Assembly: GCA_028287085.1 (NCBI GenBank) | Contig: JAQBQI010000389.1 | Location: 1 to 44,896, forward strand | Length of the DNA: 44,896 nucleotides | Reading direction: 5' to 3' | Origin: Myxococcaceae bacterium | GTDB taxonomy: Bacteria > Myxococcota_A > Polyangia > Polyangiales > Ga0077539 | Shown here: piece after piece, positions 1 through 8,948 of the stretch | Layout of the letters: each line of letters starts with the position of its first letter | Numbering within the stretch: position 1 is the first letter of the stretch | Program-made: the position numbers and the translations under genes | Notes under the pieces: model-generated | What the model was told of the DNA's origin: nothing | Seen by the model: only the letters and a program-made list of their open reading frames with translations | The model's database searches: none

Positions 1-67
1 CCCGAACGATCGCTTGGAGGCGTCGTCGCTGGGCTGCGGTCACCCGAATCGTGCCCTCGTTGCTCAC
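1..67 (-). CDS. partial ORF at the window edge: either a further translationally coupled downstream gene or an out-of-frame continuation of the methyltransferase
   Basis: GTG at 67..65 overlaps the methyltransferase TGA (66..64) as GTGA, the same coupling seen at 21123 and 41106. The ORF is open to base 1 and reads VSNEGTIRVTAAQRRRLQAIVR with mostly G/C third positions. The same frame is already open from base 124 (ATRHKYFPTPWWIYGTLPG). Confidence 0.25.
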   Translation of the reverse strand, partial: MSNEGTIRVTAAQRRRLQAIVR

Positions 68-3000
68 GCCGGGGAGCGTGCCGTAGATCCACCAGGGGGT
101 GGGAAAATACTTATGACGGGTGGCTTAACAAGTGTCTCCGCGTCGAACGAGACGGCCACGTTATCGCGCGCCGTCACCACCCCCATGCTTCCCACTGGGA
201 ATATGTCGGATACCTTCCAACCTCTATCATACTCCGCTTCGTTGGCAGTCAGTGTCGGAACGAACAAATACGAAGGAGCTGCCGGCGCGAACCGGCGCAC
301 TGCAAGCGACGGTGCCCCACCCAGCGCGCAGTACTTTTCTTCGCGTGTACCCCAGAGCTCCGAGTATCCCACATCATGAGCGAGAGTGACGGTACGAGGC
401 GGGTCGACCACGCCAGCCGATCCGTCGTCCGTGCCTAGGTGGTCCTGCAGGACTTCCTCATCCGGTGGCTGGTCGTTGGCTGAATCGTCGGCAGGGCCCC
501 TCCGGGCGCCGAGAAAGATCGCCACCCCCTGCTTGATGTCGAAGACGTTCTGATCTTCAACCCCTTCAGGCACGACCGCACTTTTCGCGTTGCTTCCATG
601 TAAATTGACGCAACGAATATAGTCGAACGAAGACAGGAGACTGTACCGCATCCCGCGTAGCGTCTGATTATCCAAAAAACCATGATTGGCGACAAATCCG
701 AGAACGCCGACTCCCGCAGTCAGGACAGAAATTTCGGCGACTCGAAAGAACTTGACGTAGTCATCCTGAATAATCTTCTCAAACTGAAGCGCTCCTTTCT
801 CCTTGATCGGCACGCCGCCAACGGACCTGTACGGGTTCACGATTGCCCGAGACTCATCGTTCATGTTCTGCGAATGAAGAGAATAGGGTGGATTGCCCAG
901 AACCACGGTAAATCGCTGACTCTCTTTAATAGAATTAACGACCTGCGCCTCCGAAGCCAACGTACCGAGCAAATCCGCTCTCCCTTCGGAGACTTCAACA
1001 GACGATTCGAGCGAGTTCGTCAGAAGCACGTTCAGGCGATCATTTTCGCCAAGAACGTAACCGGTCTCCTTGAGCTTAGCCGCCAATCGCATATGCGCGA
1101 TGGCGTACGGTGCCACCATCAACTCGAAGCCGAACAACCTGGGAAGCAGGTGCCTACCGACGTATTCCCGCCAACCCCTCAACACGCGGATATCCTCCCA
1201 GTCATCGACGAGGAACTCGGCACACAACCGCCGCTTTACCGTCTCTTCGATGACGTCCACGCATGCGAAGAGGAACGTGCCAGTCCCAGCAGCTGGATCG
1301 AGTATGCGAACGAATTCATTTTCTCCCGCCGAACCAACGGATTCACTCGTCACTCGCACCCGCTCGCCTACGCCCTCCCCCTGCCAAGCCGTGACGTCGG
1401 CCAAACCGTCAGCAAGGAGAAAAGGGTGGGTCTGAAGTAGTTCGTGAGCCTGACGGACGATGTACTTAACCACCGCTTGTGGGGTGTAAAATACGCCTCG
1501 CTTGCTCTTGAGTTTTTTGTCAAACGCCGCCAGAAACGGCTCATAAAAATGGATGACCGGGTCAGGCACTTCGACCACACTCTCGCGGCCCGCCGTCAAC
1601 ACGTTTCCGTCGTGCGCCCTTCCAACCGCCGCCCCCGAGAAGACGACATCGATATCGACACGATTTAGCAGATCCGCCACGTCATCGAGCAGCCACACTT
1701 GCTTGTAATCGAAACCTGCATCGAGCACCTTGTCAAACAGCGCGCGCAAGAACGGGCTCGTCCTCGGGAAATGACCCCGGGCGTTGTTCCGAGTAAACCG
1801 CACGCCCGCGCGCAAAAATTCATCCTTGGAAATCCAGCGCGCTGCAAGCAGTCCATAGGTTAAAGTCTGCGCGTACGCATCGGCGAACTCTTTCGGCGTC
1901 TGACTATGAACCAGATGCTGCTTGAAACTCTCGTAAAGCGCCTTCAATTCACTGAGCTCTTCGACCTGTCGAAGCGCTAGCTGTTGAAGATATCGCGCTC
2001 GGTAGGCCAACTCTTCGGCGAGCTCCTTCGGATCGGCGATCTCGCTGCGACTTATCACGAAGAAGCGAGAGAGGAAGCTGATTACGCGACCTTCATTCTT
2101 GTAGTGCGCCCCGGACTTCGTGAGCTTGCCCTCCATCCGCTGCCGCCCTTGCCAGAGTTCGACCTGAACGCAGTCCGTCGCCGGATAGATGACGAGCACG
2201 TTGTGAAACCGGTTGTGGGATCCCAGGCGCTCCCGAAGATCGGCCGCTTCGGTCTCGTTGCCGAGACAGTATATGACGTACCCGAGTAACGATGTATCCT
2301 CGCGACGTACCGCAATGCCCGGGACCGCGACAGGCAACCCGGCTCGGTCGCCGATTTCAGACCGCGCGGGGCTCCCGATGTCGTGATCGATGGGAAGCTC
2401 AGTACACTGGATTTTCTGCCCCAACGAAGCGGTCTGGGGGTCGTATGTGCTGGCGATCTCGGACAGCAATTTGACGACGCGATCGTGGATCTCCTCTTTC
2501 TTCGGACTCGGCGCGAGACAGGCCTTCGCGACCTCCCTGAGTTTCTCGCGCTCCGGCTGCCTCGCGAACGCGTCTTTCCATGCTGACCCGTCAATCTTTT
2601 TGAACGCGCGCTCGTAAACCCGGCGCATGTACTCGCCGCTGCGGGGCACATCCCAATCGACGCATTCCTGTCGGATCACGAAGCTCTCCAGGGCTTCGTC
2701 GGGCTCCGCCGTCACGGTCGAGAAGTGCACGAGGTGGTTGTTGTTCCCGTTACCTTTGACGCGGGCATCCCGCACTGCGAAGACGCACAGAGTCTCCTGG
2801 ACGTGCTTTGCGCCGGGAACTTCCGGGGCCCTCGGTTTCGCGAAGCCCCGCAGCACTTCCTGGGCGAAGCGGTCGAGCGCATCCTCCACCAGGTTGAACT
2901 GGTACTCACTCGGGAAGAGCGACTTCGCGCCCTTGAGCAGTTCGCTGGACCCGACAGCGGCGAACTCCAAGAGGATCACGTGGGGCTGCCCTTCTCCCTT

Positions 3001-3291
3001 CGACTTGAAGTAGCGCACCGTACTCGGCAGGTGACTCAAGGCGACCCCGACCCCGAGGATCACCTGGCTCAACGGGATCTCCGTCGGCACGCCGAAACCC
3101 GAAGCCGCCATGAGGTCCTGCGCGAAGGTCGTTCCGACCCGCGTCGCCACCTTCTGCCGAGCGTCCGCCTTGACCTTCCCCTGAGCGAATCCCCTGGTCT
3201 TCGACGGAACCGCCGTCACATCCGCCGAAGCAGGCTCTATCGCGTCTGACTCGCCGCGTAGTCTTCGAACGAACTCGTCATATCCGATCAT
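64..3291 (-). CDS. large N6-adenine DNA methyltransferase, type ISP / YeeA / PglX-like architecture
   Basis: 1075-aa ORF. It has SAM motif I ILDPAAGTGTFL, catalytic motif IV VLGNPPYS, FYTPQAVVKYIV, and C-terminal blocks GVLGFVANHGFL and GVVTARD typical of large gamma-class enzymes. About 430 aa at the N-terminus are of unknown function. The ATG at 3291..3289 overlaps the SNF2 stop (ATGA). G+C is clearly lower than in neighbouring genes. Confidence 0.9.
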   Translation of the reverse strand: MIGYDEFVRRLRGESDAIEPASADVTAVPSKTRGFAQGKVKADARQKVATRVGTTFAQDLMAASGFGVPTEIPLSQVILGVGVALSHLPSTVRYFKSKGEGQPHVILLEFAAVGSSELLKGAKSLFPSEYQFNLVEDALDRFAQEVLRGFAKPRAPEVPGAKHVQETLCVFAVRDARVKGNGNNNHLVHFSTVTAEPDEALESFVIRQECVDWDVPRSGEYMRRVYERAFKKIDGSAWKDAFARQPEREKLREVAKACLAPSPKKEEIHDRVVKLLSEIASTYDPQTASLGQKIQCTELPIDHDIGSPARSEIGDRAGLPVAVPGIAVRREDTSLLGYVIYCLGNETEAADLRERLGSHNRFHNVLVIYPATDCVQVELWQGRQRMEGKLTKSGAHYKNEGRVISFLSRFFVISRSEIADPKELAEELAYRARYLQQLALRQVEELSELKALYESFKQHLVHSQTPKEFADAYAQTLTYGLLAARWISKDEFLRAGVRFTRNNARGHFPRTSPFLRALFDKVLDAGFDYKQVWLLDDVADLLNRVDIDVVFSGAAVGRAHDGNVLTAGRESVVEVPDPVIHFYEPFLAAFDKKLKSKRGVFYTPQAVVKYIVRQAHELLQTHPFLLADGLADVTAWQGEGVGERVRVTSESVGSAGENEFVRILDPAAGTGTFLFACVDVIEETVKRRLCAEFLVDDWEDIRVLRGWREYVGRHLLPRLFGFELMVAPYAIAHMRLAAKLKETGYVLGENDRLNVLLTNSLESSVEVSEGRADLLGTLASEAQVVNSIKESQRFTVVLGNPPYSLHSQNMNDESRAIVNPYRSVGGVPIKEKGALQFEKIIQDDYVKFFRVAEISVLTAGVGVLGFVANHGFLDNQTLRGMRYSLLSSFDYIRCVNLHGSNAKSAVVPEGVEDQNVFDIKQGVAIFLGARRGPADDSANDQPPDEEVLQDHLGTDDGSAGVVDPPRTVTLAHDVGYSELWGTREEKYCALGGAPSLAVRRFAPAAPSYLFVPTLTANEAEYDRGWKVSDIFPVGSMGVVTARDNVAVSFDAETLVKPPVISIFPPPGGSTARSPA

Positions 3292-6200
3292 GCGTCCCCC
3301 ATTCCCATCACGTCCATCATCCGTGTCACCGCCCCCACCTGCACGATGAACACTTGGCTCATCTCGATCTGCACGCGCTCTTCTTGCGACGCAAAGTACC
3401 CCGGCGCGAGCGCGGGCACCCCCTGGAAAACCTCCGCACCCACCGCCTCATCTTCGCGGTTCCTCTCGCGGAGATGAGTCTTCGGGTCCATGACCACGGC
3501 GGCGGCGGCCAAGAGGTGTTCGGGCCGCAGCGTCTGCGTCGCCTGCGGCTCCGCTGTAGGGTCGGGCCACGACTCGCCGGCGTGCTCCATCGACAGGGGC
3601 AGCCAACGCGACGCCTCGGCGTGGAAAGGCTGATACGACCAAAGCCAGCACGGCACCCCGCGCACGACCGACGGTCGCAAGAACCGCGTGTAGGGCTTCG
3701 GGTCCGTCCACGGCAGGTGCAGCAACGCGCGGCCGATTACCGGCGCCACATCGTCCGCGCGCTCGTCGCGAATCCACGCGTTGAGCTCGTCGCTCCAAAC
3801 CGGGTCGACGCCTCGCGCGGCCAGAGCCCTTTCGACCCGTCGATACATTGCCCCCAGCCGCTCGATGGCACGGTCCCTCTGGAACGTATTGAGGCTGGTG
3901 ACCCCGTTGTAGCGATACCCATGCATCCAGTCCGCCTCAGCGCCGGTGCCGCGTTCGAGCCCGAGGGTGAAATCGATCGCCAGGGTCTTGGTTGCAAGGC
4001 GCTCTCGCAGCGCGAGCTCGGCCTCCAATTCATCGGGCAGGATCATGTTGGCGATGACCGGGGCTTCGCCGGGCCGGTCGCGCCAGCCGTACCGCGGCGT
4101 GACGAGTCCCTCCCTCTGCGCGATCACGTGCAGCAACGGGAAGGCCACCGCCGTTTCGATGCGGGGGTCGAGCCGCCGGTCAACGCGGCCCGCCCGCTGG
4201 ATCATGCGCACGGGGTTCCAGTGGACGTCGAAGTTCACGAGGACGGAGACGTCCTGAAGGTTGACGCCCTCAGCGAGCACGTCGGAGCTGAACAGCACGT
4301 CCACGGGGCGGCGCATGGCGTCGAGCCAGTCGGATTCCCAGACCACGCCGAGGTCCCCGGGGGGAGGAAAGGGACGCAGGCGGTAGAAGGGCGCGAAGCG
4401 ATCGACCACCCGGTTGCGGTCGTCGGTCTCGCCGGTGACGGTAGCGGTGGTGGCGAGGAGGGTGTCGAAGGCATCGGGTGCGACGCCCTCGATGCCGAGG
4501 TCGATGAGCAGCTCGCGTCGCCGCGCGGGGTCGAGGGCGCGGCAGGCGTCGAGCACCGAGCGCACGTACGCGATGGTGTCGGTGAACTGCGAGAATACCA
4601 GCACCTTGCGCCCCTCCCGGCGGGCCTGGAAGAGCCGTCGGAAGAGCGCCAGGAGCTTCGGGTCGGTGGCCATGCGTCCGGCCCAGGCGGCACTTTCGGG
4701 CCAGCGGCGGCTGGCGCCGCTGAACCCCCCAGGCCAGTCATCGACGTCGAAACGCCCGAACACCACGTCCGCGAGTTGGGGCACCACGCGCAGGAGGATC
4801 GCGAGGTCAGCCAGCAGCAGGTCGCGCAATCCCAGTAACCGCCGGACCTTCGCGAGTTCGCCGTCAGCCGTGGGCGGCGGTGCGTCGAAGAACCCCAGCT
4901 GGATGGGCTCGTCCTCCCCCTCGTCCTCGTCGGGCCGCGCCCCCGCGAGCCGCGCGAGAAACTGCGACGACGGGTTCTCGGGACGGTCGCCCGCGGTGAG
5001 CCAGCGGATCGTGCGGAGCTGCTTCGGCGCCGACGCCTTCAGGATGATCTCGGACGCCACGGAGATGCGCCTCGCCTCGTCGTGTAGCCCGGCGGCGCTG
5101 CATCGCGCGATGAGCTGCTCGACGCGCGCGGCATGGAGCACCGTGAGCCGCAGCACCGTGATGAGGAAGGAGACCGGCGAGCTCTCCAGGCGCTTGAGGG
5201 CGAGCACCCGCTGGAGGCCGACCGCCGGGGACGCGTCCTCCGCGGTGTGCGTGGCGTCCTCGACGTCGCGCCACATGTAGACGCGGAAACTAAGCGCCGA
5301 CGCGCTGCCCTCGTCGAAGAGCGGGAGGAACTGCGCGAGCACGTTGCTCGTGTCGGCGTAGCGGAGACGCTCGGGTTCCCCGGCATCGGGGCGGAAGAGC
5401 AGGTCGACGGACGATCCCTCCTGCCGCTCGATCTCCTTGCAGAGCGCGCGGGAGCGTTGCACCACCACGCGATCGAGGAGTTCCTCGGCAATGCGCGGGC
5501 GGGGCCCGTCGTCGCGGACGCCCGTGGCGGCGGCGCTGCGCACGCGGGTACGAAGTTCGTGGAGCTTCGTCTCCTGCTCCTTGAGGTATTTTGAAAGGTT
5601 GTAGGTGCCGATGGGCAGGTCGCTGCGAAACGAGAACGATGGCCGCACGCGCCCGTCGCGCCCGTGGAGGATCTCCTCGATGGCGTCTCGCTGCCGGTTG
5701 GCGTGGTCGCGCGCGCGCTGGCACCGTTGCTGGAGCTCGGCGAGCGCGGCCCTCTCCCACGCCGCGTCGCCCTTCTGCGTGAGCCCCGCGAAGGTGTACG
5801 GCTCGGCGAAGAGGAGCGAGCACTCCTGTTCCAGGTCTTCGAGGCTGTTGTTGATGGGCGTGGCCGTGAGCAGCAGCACACGGCGGAAGCGTCCCCGCTT
5901 CATCCGAAGCCGGAGGAGGTCACGCAGCACGAGGGTGCGGCGGGCCGAAGCGGTGCGGAAGTTGTGCGCCTCGTCGACCACGACGAGGTCGGAGAGCACG
6001 AGGTGTTCGAGGTCGGAGAGCCCGTCGCCCCGGGGAACGAGCACGGCGCTCCCGGCCGTGACGCGCGAGAGCTTCGCGTGGGAGATCACCCTCACCCGTG
6101 AGGTCTCGACCCCGTGCGCCGCGAGCGGTGGAATGGCCTCGCGCTCCCAGGTCTCGACGACCGAGCCTGGCGCGAGCACCGTCACGCGGAGGGCGTCGGC

Positions 6201-7589
6201 GTGGCCCCCGGCACGCCACCGGGCGGCATCGTGGACGATCACAGTGGTCGCGACGTAGGTCTTTCCGAGGCCGACGCCGTCGCAGAGCATCGAGCCCCGC
6301 AAGGTGTCGAGCTGCGCGACCACACGCTGCGCGGCCTGTCGCTGGTACGCTGCCTTCTGGTAGCGGACGGCCTCCTCGGCGAGCGTCTCGGCGCCACCGA
6401 GGCGGTCGCGCATGAGGCGATGGAGGCCGAGCAGGGCCTTGTCCCGCGGCGTGCATTCGTCGAGGGAGCGCGGCCGCTCTGGCTCGAACCAGCGTGCGAA
6501 GGCCTCGCGCACGTCGCGGTCCCAGCGGCGCTCGGGGTGCGGCGCGGAGAGGGTCGCGGCGGTGTCCCAGAGGGCGAAGGTATCGCCTGCGCGCACGTGA
6601 CCGAGGGCGACATGGCCTAGCGCGTGAAGGATCGCGGTGATGCGCAGGGCAGGAGCGAGGGAAGGCGCCAGGGCGATGGTGACGCCTTGCGCGTCGGCAA
6701 GGGTCACGAGCGCGAGGTCGGCAGGCGCGGCGCAGCGGAAGCGTGGGGAGAGCGTTGGGCTGAGGTGACGGACGCTGAGTGGTGGGAGCCCGAGGGGCCC
6801 TGTCGCGAGGAACTCCGAGAGCGCGACGGTTTCGAGCGCCGGGTCTCCCGCGGCGGCGGTAAGGGCGACGCGCAGAGCGGCCGGAAGCTCGATGGGTGCA
6901 GCAGACTCGGGGGGGAACGCGGGAGAGGTCGTCTCGTCGGGCGCGGCGCTCTCGTACGGACGGGTCGTGCGCGCGAGAGCGATGAGGTCGGTGGCGTGCC
7001 AGTCGCGGGTGTGCGTGCCATCGGGGGAAGTCCAGCGAGCGTGAGTACAGAGGCCGCTGGAGAGGGAGCGCTCGACGAGGCTGAGCAGTGACCACGGGTG
7101 AAGCCGCCGCCCGACCATCGCGAATGGGACCACCCCGATTTGTGCGCGGCGTGAAGCCACGAGATCGAGCCAGAGCACAAGGGCGTGGGCTGGCAGGGGT
7201 GCGTCGAGGCCGACCGGGATCACCGAGTCGGGCGAAAGATCCAGCGTGACGGTGCGCGGCGCGCCTGCGGAATCGGACAGCGACACCGACCACCGGAACG
7301 GCAGCGCCGCACCAGAGAGATTGTCGGCGGCGATCTGCGACAAGTCCCGGGGTGGCGCGTCGATCAGCTCGTGCGAGGGGACAGTCAGCGGAGCGTTGTT
7401 GCCCTGAAGGACGCGAACGGTCGAGGAGCCCGTCGAGAGCAGCGCAGCGAGGTCGGCGGCGAAGGCACGCGGATCGGCGGCCTCAGAGAGCGTGAAGAGC
7501 ACACGATGGCCACCAGCGAGGACGGTCGAAGGACCATCTCCCGGCGCCGCTCCGGAACGCTCTACAGATTCGGTCGGGCTGATCTCCAT
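3288..7589 (-). CDS. SNF2-family helicase with a ~450-aa uncharacterised N-terminal extension
   Basis: Motif I LCDGVGLGKTY, motif II VVVDEAHNFR (DEAH), motif III LLLTATPINN. The C-terminal lobe has KVLVFSQFTDT, DVLAEGVNLQ and WNPVRMIQRAGRVDR. The start is uncertain: the ORF opens with TTG at 7664, and the first ATG (MEISPTE) at 7589 has AGG 4 nt upstream. Confidence 0.88.
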   Translation of the reverse strand: MEISPTESVERSGAAPGDGPSTVLAGGHRVLFTLSEAADPRAFAADLAALLSTGSSTVRVLQGNNAPLTVPSHELIDAPPRDLSQIAADNLSGAALPFRWSVSLSDSAGAPRTVTLDLSPDSVIPVGLDAPLPAHALVLWLDLVASRRAQIGVVPFAMVGRRLHPWSLLSLVERSLSSGLCTHARWTSPDGTHTRDWHATDLIALARTTRPYESAAPDETTSPAFPPESAAPIELPAALRVALTAAAGDPALETVALSEFLATGPLGLPPLSVRHLSPTLSPRFRCAAPADLALVTLADAQGVTIALAPSLAPALRITAILHALGHVALGHVRAGDTFALWDTAATLSAPHPERRWDRDVREAFARWFEPERPRSLDECTPRDKALLGLHRLMRDRLGGAETLAEEAVRYQKAAYQRQAAQRVVAQLDTLRGSMLCDGVGLGKTYVATTVIVHDAARWRAGGHADALRVTVLAPGSVVETWEREAIPPLAAHGVETSRVRVISHAKLSRVTAGSAVLVPRGDGLSDLEHLVLSDLVVVDEAHNFRTASARRTLVLRDLLRLRMKRGRFRRVLLLTATPINNSLEDLEQECSLLFAEPYTFAGLTQKGDAAWERAALAELQQRCQRARDHANRQRDAIEEILHGRDGRVRPSFSFRSDLPIGTYNLSKYLKEQETKLHELRTRVRSAAATGVRDDGPRPRIAEELLDRVVVQRSRALCKEIERQEGSSVDLLFRPDAGEPERLRYADTSNVLAQFLPLFDEGSASALSFRVYMWRDVEDATHTAEDASPAVGLQRVLALKRLESSPVSFLITVLRLTVLHAARVEQLIARCSAAGLHDEARRISVASEIILKASAPKQLRTIRWLTAGDRPENPSSQFLARLAGARPDEDEGEDEPIQLGFFDAPPPTADGELAKVRRLLGLRDLLLADLAILLRVVPQLADVVFGRFDVDDWPGGFSGASRRWPESAAWAGRMATDPKLLALFRRLFQARREGRKVLVFSQFTDTIAYVRSVLDACRALDPARRRELLIDLGIEGVAPDAFDTLLATTATVTGETDDRNRVVDRFAPFYRLRPFPPPGDLGVVWESDWLDAMRRPVDVLFSSDVLAEGVNLQDVSVLVNFDVHWNPVRMIQRAGRVDRRLDPRIETAVAFPLLHVIAQREGLVTPRYGWRDRPGEAPVIANMILPDELEAELALRERLATKTLAIDFTLGLERGTGAEADWMHGYRYNGVTSLNTFQRDRAIERLGAMYRRVERALAARGVDPVWSDELNAWIRDERADDVAPVIGRALLHLPWTDPKPYTRFLRPSVVRGVPCWLWSYQPFHAEASRWLPLSMEHAGESWPDPTAEPQATQTLRPEHLLAAAAVVMDPKTHLRERNREDEAVGAEVFQGVPALAPGYFASQEERVQIEMSQVFIVQVGAVTRMMDVMGMGDA

Positions 7590-7730
7590 GCACCTGGTGG
7601 CTCCGCGAGAGACATCGACCGGTCGAGGCGGGCGGATCGTTGCTGACGGCACCAGCAGGGTCAAGGCATTCCGCCAGCGACCAGACCTCGGCGACGGCGG
7701 CCCGCCATCCGCCTCGAACGATCTACTCGC

Positions 7731-8933
7731 TCAGCTTGTGGCGGTCCGTGGCACCAGCAGCACCAGTTCATCGGAAGCGGACGCGTCCGCCAGTCGCTCC
7801 CATTGTGCCGGAGGAAGAGCGTACTGCTCGCAGACCGTGTACTCCTCGCGCAATGTTGCGAGCATCTCCATGACCTCGGTCGTCCGTCGTGCGGCCTCCG
7901 CGCGCTCCACCCAGGCGTCGATCTCGGTCCGGAGGCTTCGCAACAACGCCAGCGTCTCAGGGGTGCCGGCGGCGACGGTTGCCGACCACTCCTCCCGGAG
8001 CTTCCTCATCGGATCGACCGACTCGGGCTCGAGCAGCCGCGCGATGGACGCCAGCGCGGGCTCCCCCACTCGCGCCACCAGGGGCCGCGCCGCCAGGATC
8101 GACGGACGCCGATCACAGAGTTGCCCGACGATCTCGGTCGCTGGGAGTCGCAGTTGCGCGAGCCCCGACTCCAAGCGGCGCCGAGCCAGGGCCGTCTCGC
8201 CCGCGGCGCGCAGCGTGCGAGCTTCCAACACCAGCGCCAGCGCCGAAACGTCGAGGTACGCGATCGAGGCGACGAAGCGCGGATCAGTAGGGGATAGACG
8301 GGCGACATCGTTCCGCTGCAGCATCGCGACGCAGTAGTTGCGGACCTGCTGGGCTCTGTCGGCGTGCCCGATGAACCACGCCGGCGAGGGCAGCTCGCGC
8401 CGCGCGTCGACCTCGGAAAGCTGTTCGAAGGAGGAGGCAAGCGGCGCGAACTGTGCGAGGTCGATCTGCGCCGACACGCGATCGAGCTTGTCCTCGACCC
8501 GGGCCAGGTCCGAGTGGACCCGGGCAGTAAGGAGGCGCAGGGCCACCATCTGCGCGCCGATGTCGTCGAGACGACCGTTCACCTGATCGAAGCCATCCTT
8601 CATGGCCCGATCCAGCAGACGGATGCCATCCTGCACCTGGTTGAGCTTCCGATTCAGCAGGGCGAAGCCGACCACGCTGACGCCGAGGTTGAGAATGGAA
8701 GCCGCAGCCCCCACCTGCATCAGCCCCGACGCAAACGACGAGACCACTCCGCCGAGCTCACTGCCTCCGTCCTTCACTCCACGAAGGAAGGCAACAAACC
8801 TCCCCGTCTTCGCGTTGCGAATGACTCCGCCATCTTGATAAAAATCTCCACGGGCGACGCCCTCCACGACCTCTCTCGCGCGCTCCAGCGGAAGCTTGAG
8901 GAAGGGATGCATGTCGATGACTGATCCATTCAT
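7731..8933 (-). CDS. hypothetical membrane-anchored helical protein (third gene of the dynamin block)
   Basis: 400-aa ORF with high GC3. GAAGGAAGG Shine-Dalgarno lies 8 nt upstream of the ATG at 8933. It has a hydrophobic segment GGVVSSFASGLMQVGAAASILNLGVSVVGFALL followed by long heptad-like helical sequence. I recognise no catalytic motif. Confidence 0.7.
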   Translation of the reverse strand: MNGSVIDMHPFLKLPLERAREVVEGVARGDFYQDGGVIRNAKTGRFVAFLRGVKDGGSELGGVVSSFASGLMQVGAAASILNLGVSVVGFALLNRKLNQVQDGIRLLDRAMKDGFDQVNGRLDDIGAQMVALRLLTARVHSDLARVEDKLDRVSAQIDLAQFAPLASSFEQLSEVDARRELPSPAWFIGHADRAQQVRNYCVAMLQRNDVARLSPTDPRFVASIAYLDVSALALVLEARTLRAAGETALARRRLESGLAQLRLPATEIVGQLCDRRPSILAARPLVARVGEPALASIARLLEPESVDPMRKLREEWSATVAAGTPETLALLRSLRTEIDAWVERAEAARRTTEVMEMLATLREEYTVCEQYALPPAQWERLADASASDELVLLVPRTATS

Positions 8934-8948
8934 GGTCTTCGCCTTCCT

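Noticed and set aside
64-7664. Classifying the SNF2 plus methyltransferase pair as DISARM, BREX or a type ISP enzyme
   Set aside because: There is no DrmA/DrmB (DUF1998)/DrmC, PglZ, BrxC or BrxL-like ORF nearby. The helicase and methyltransferase are separate polypeptides, and no Mrr/PD-(D/E)xK nuclease motif could be assigned with confidence. The similarity is limited to individual domains.
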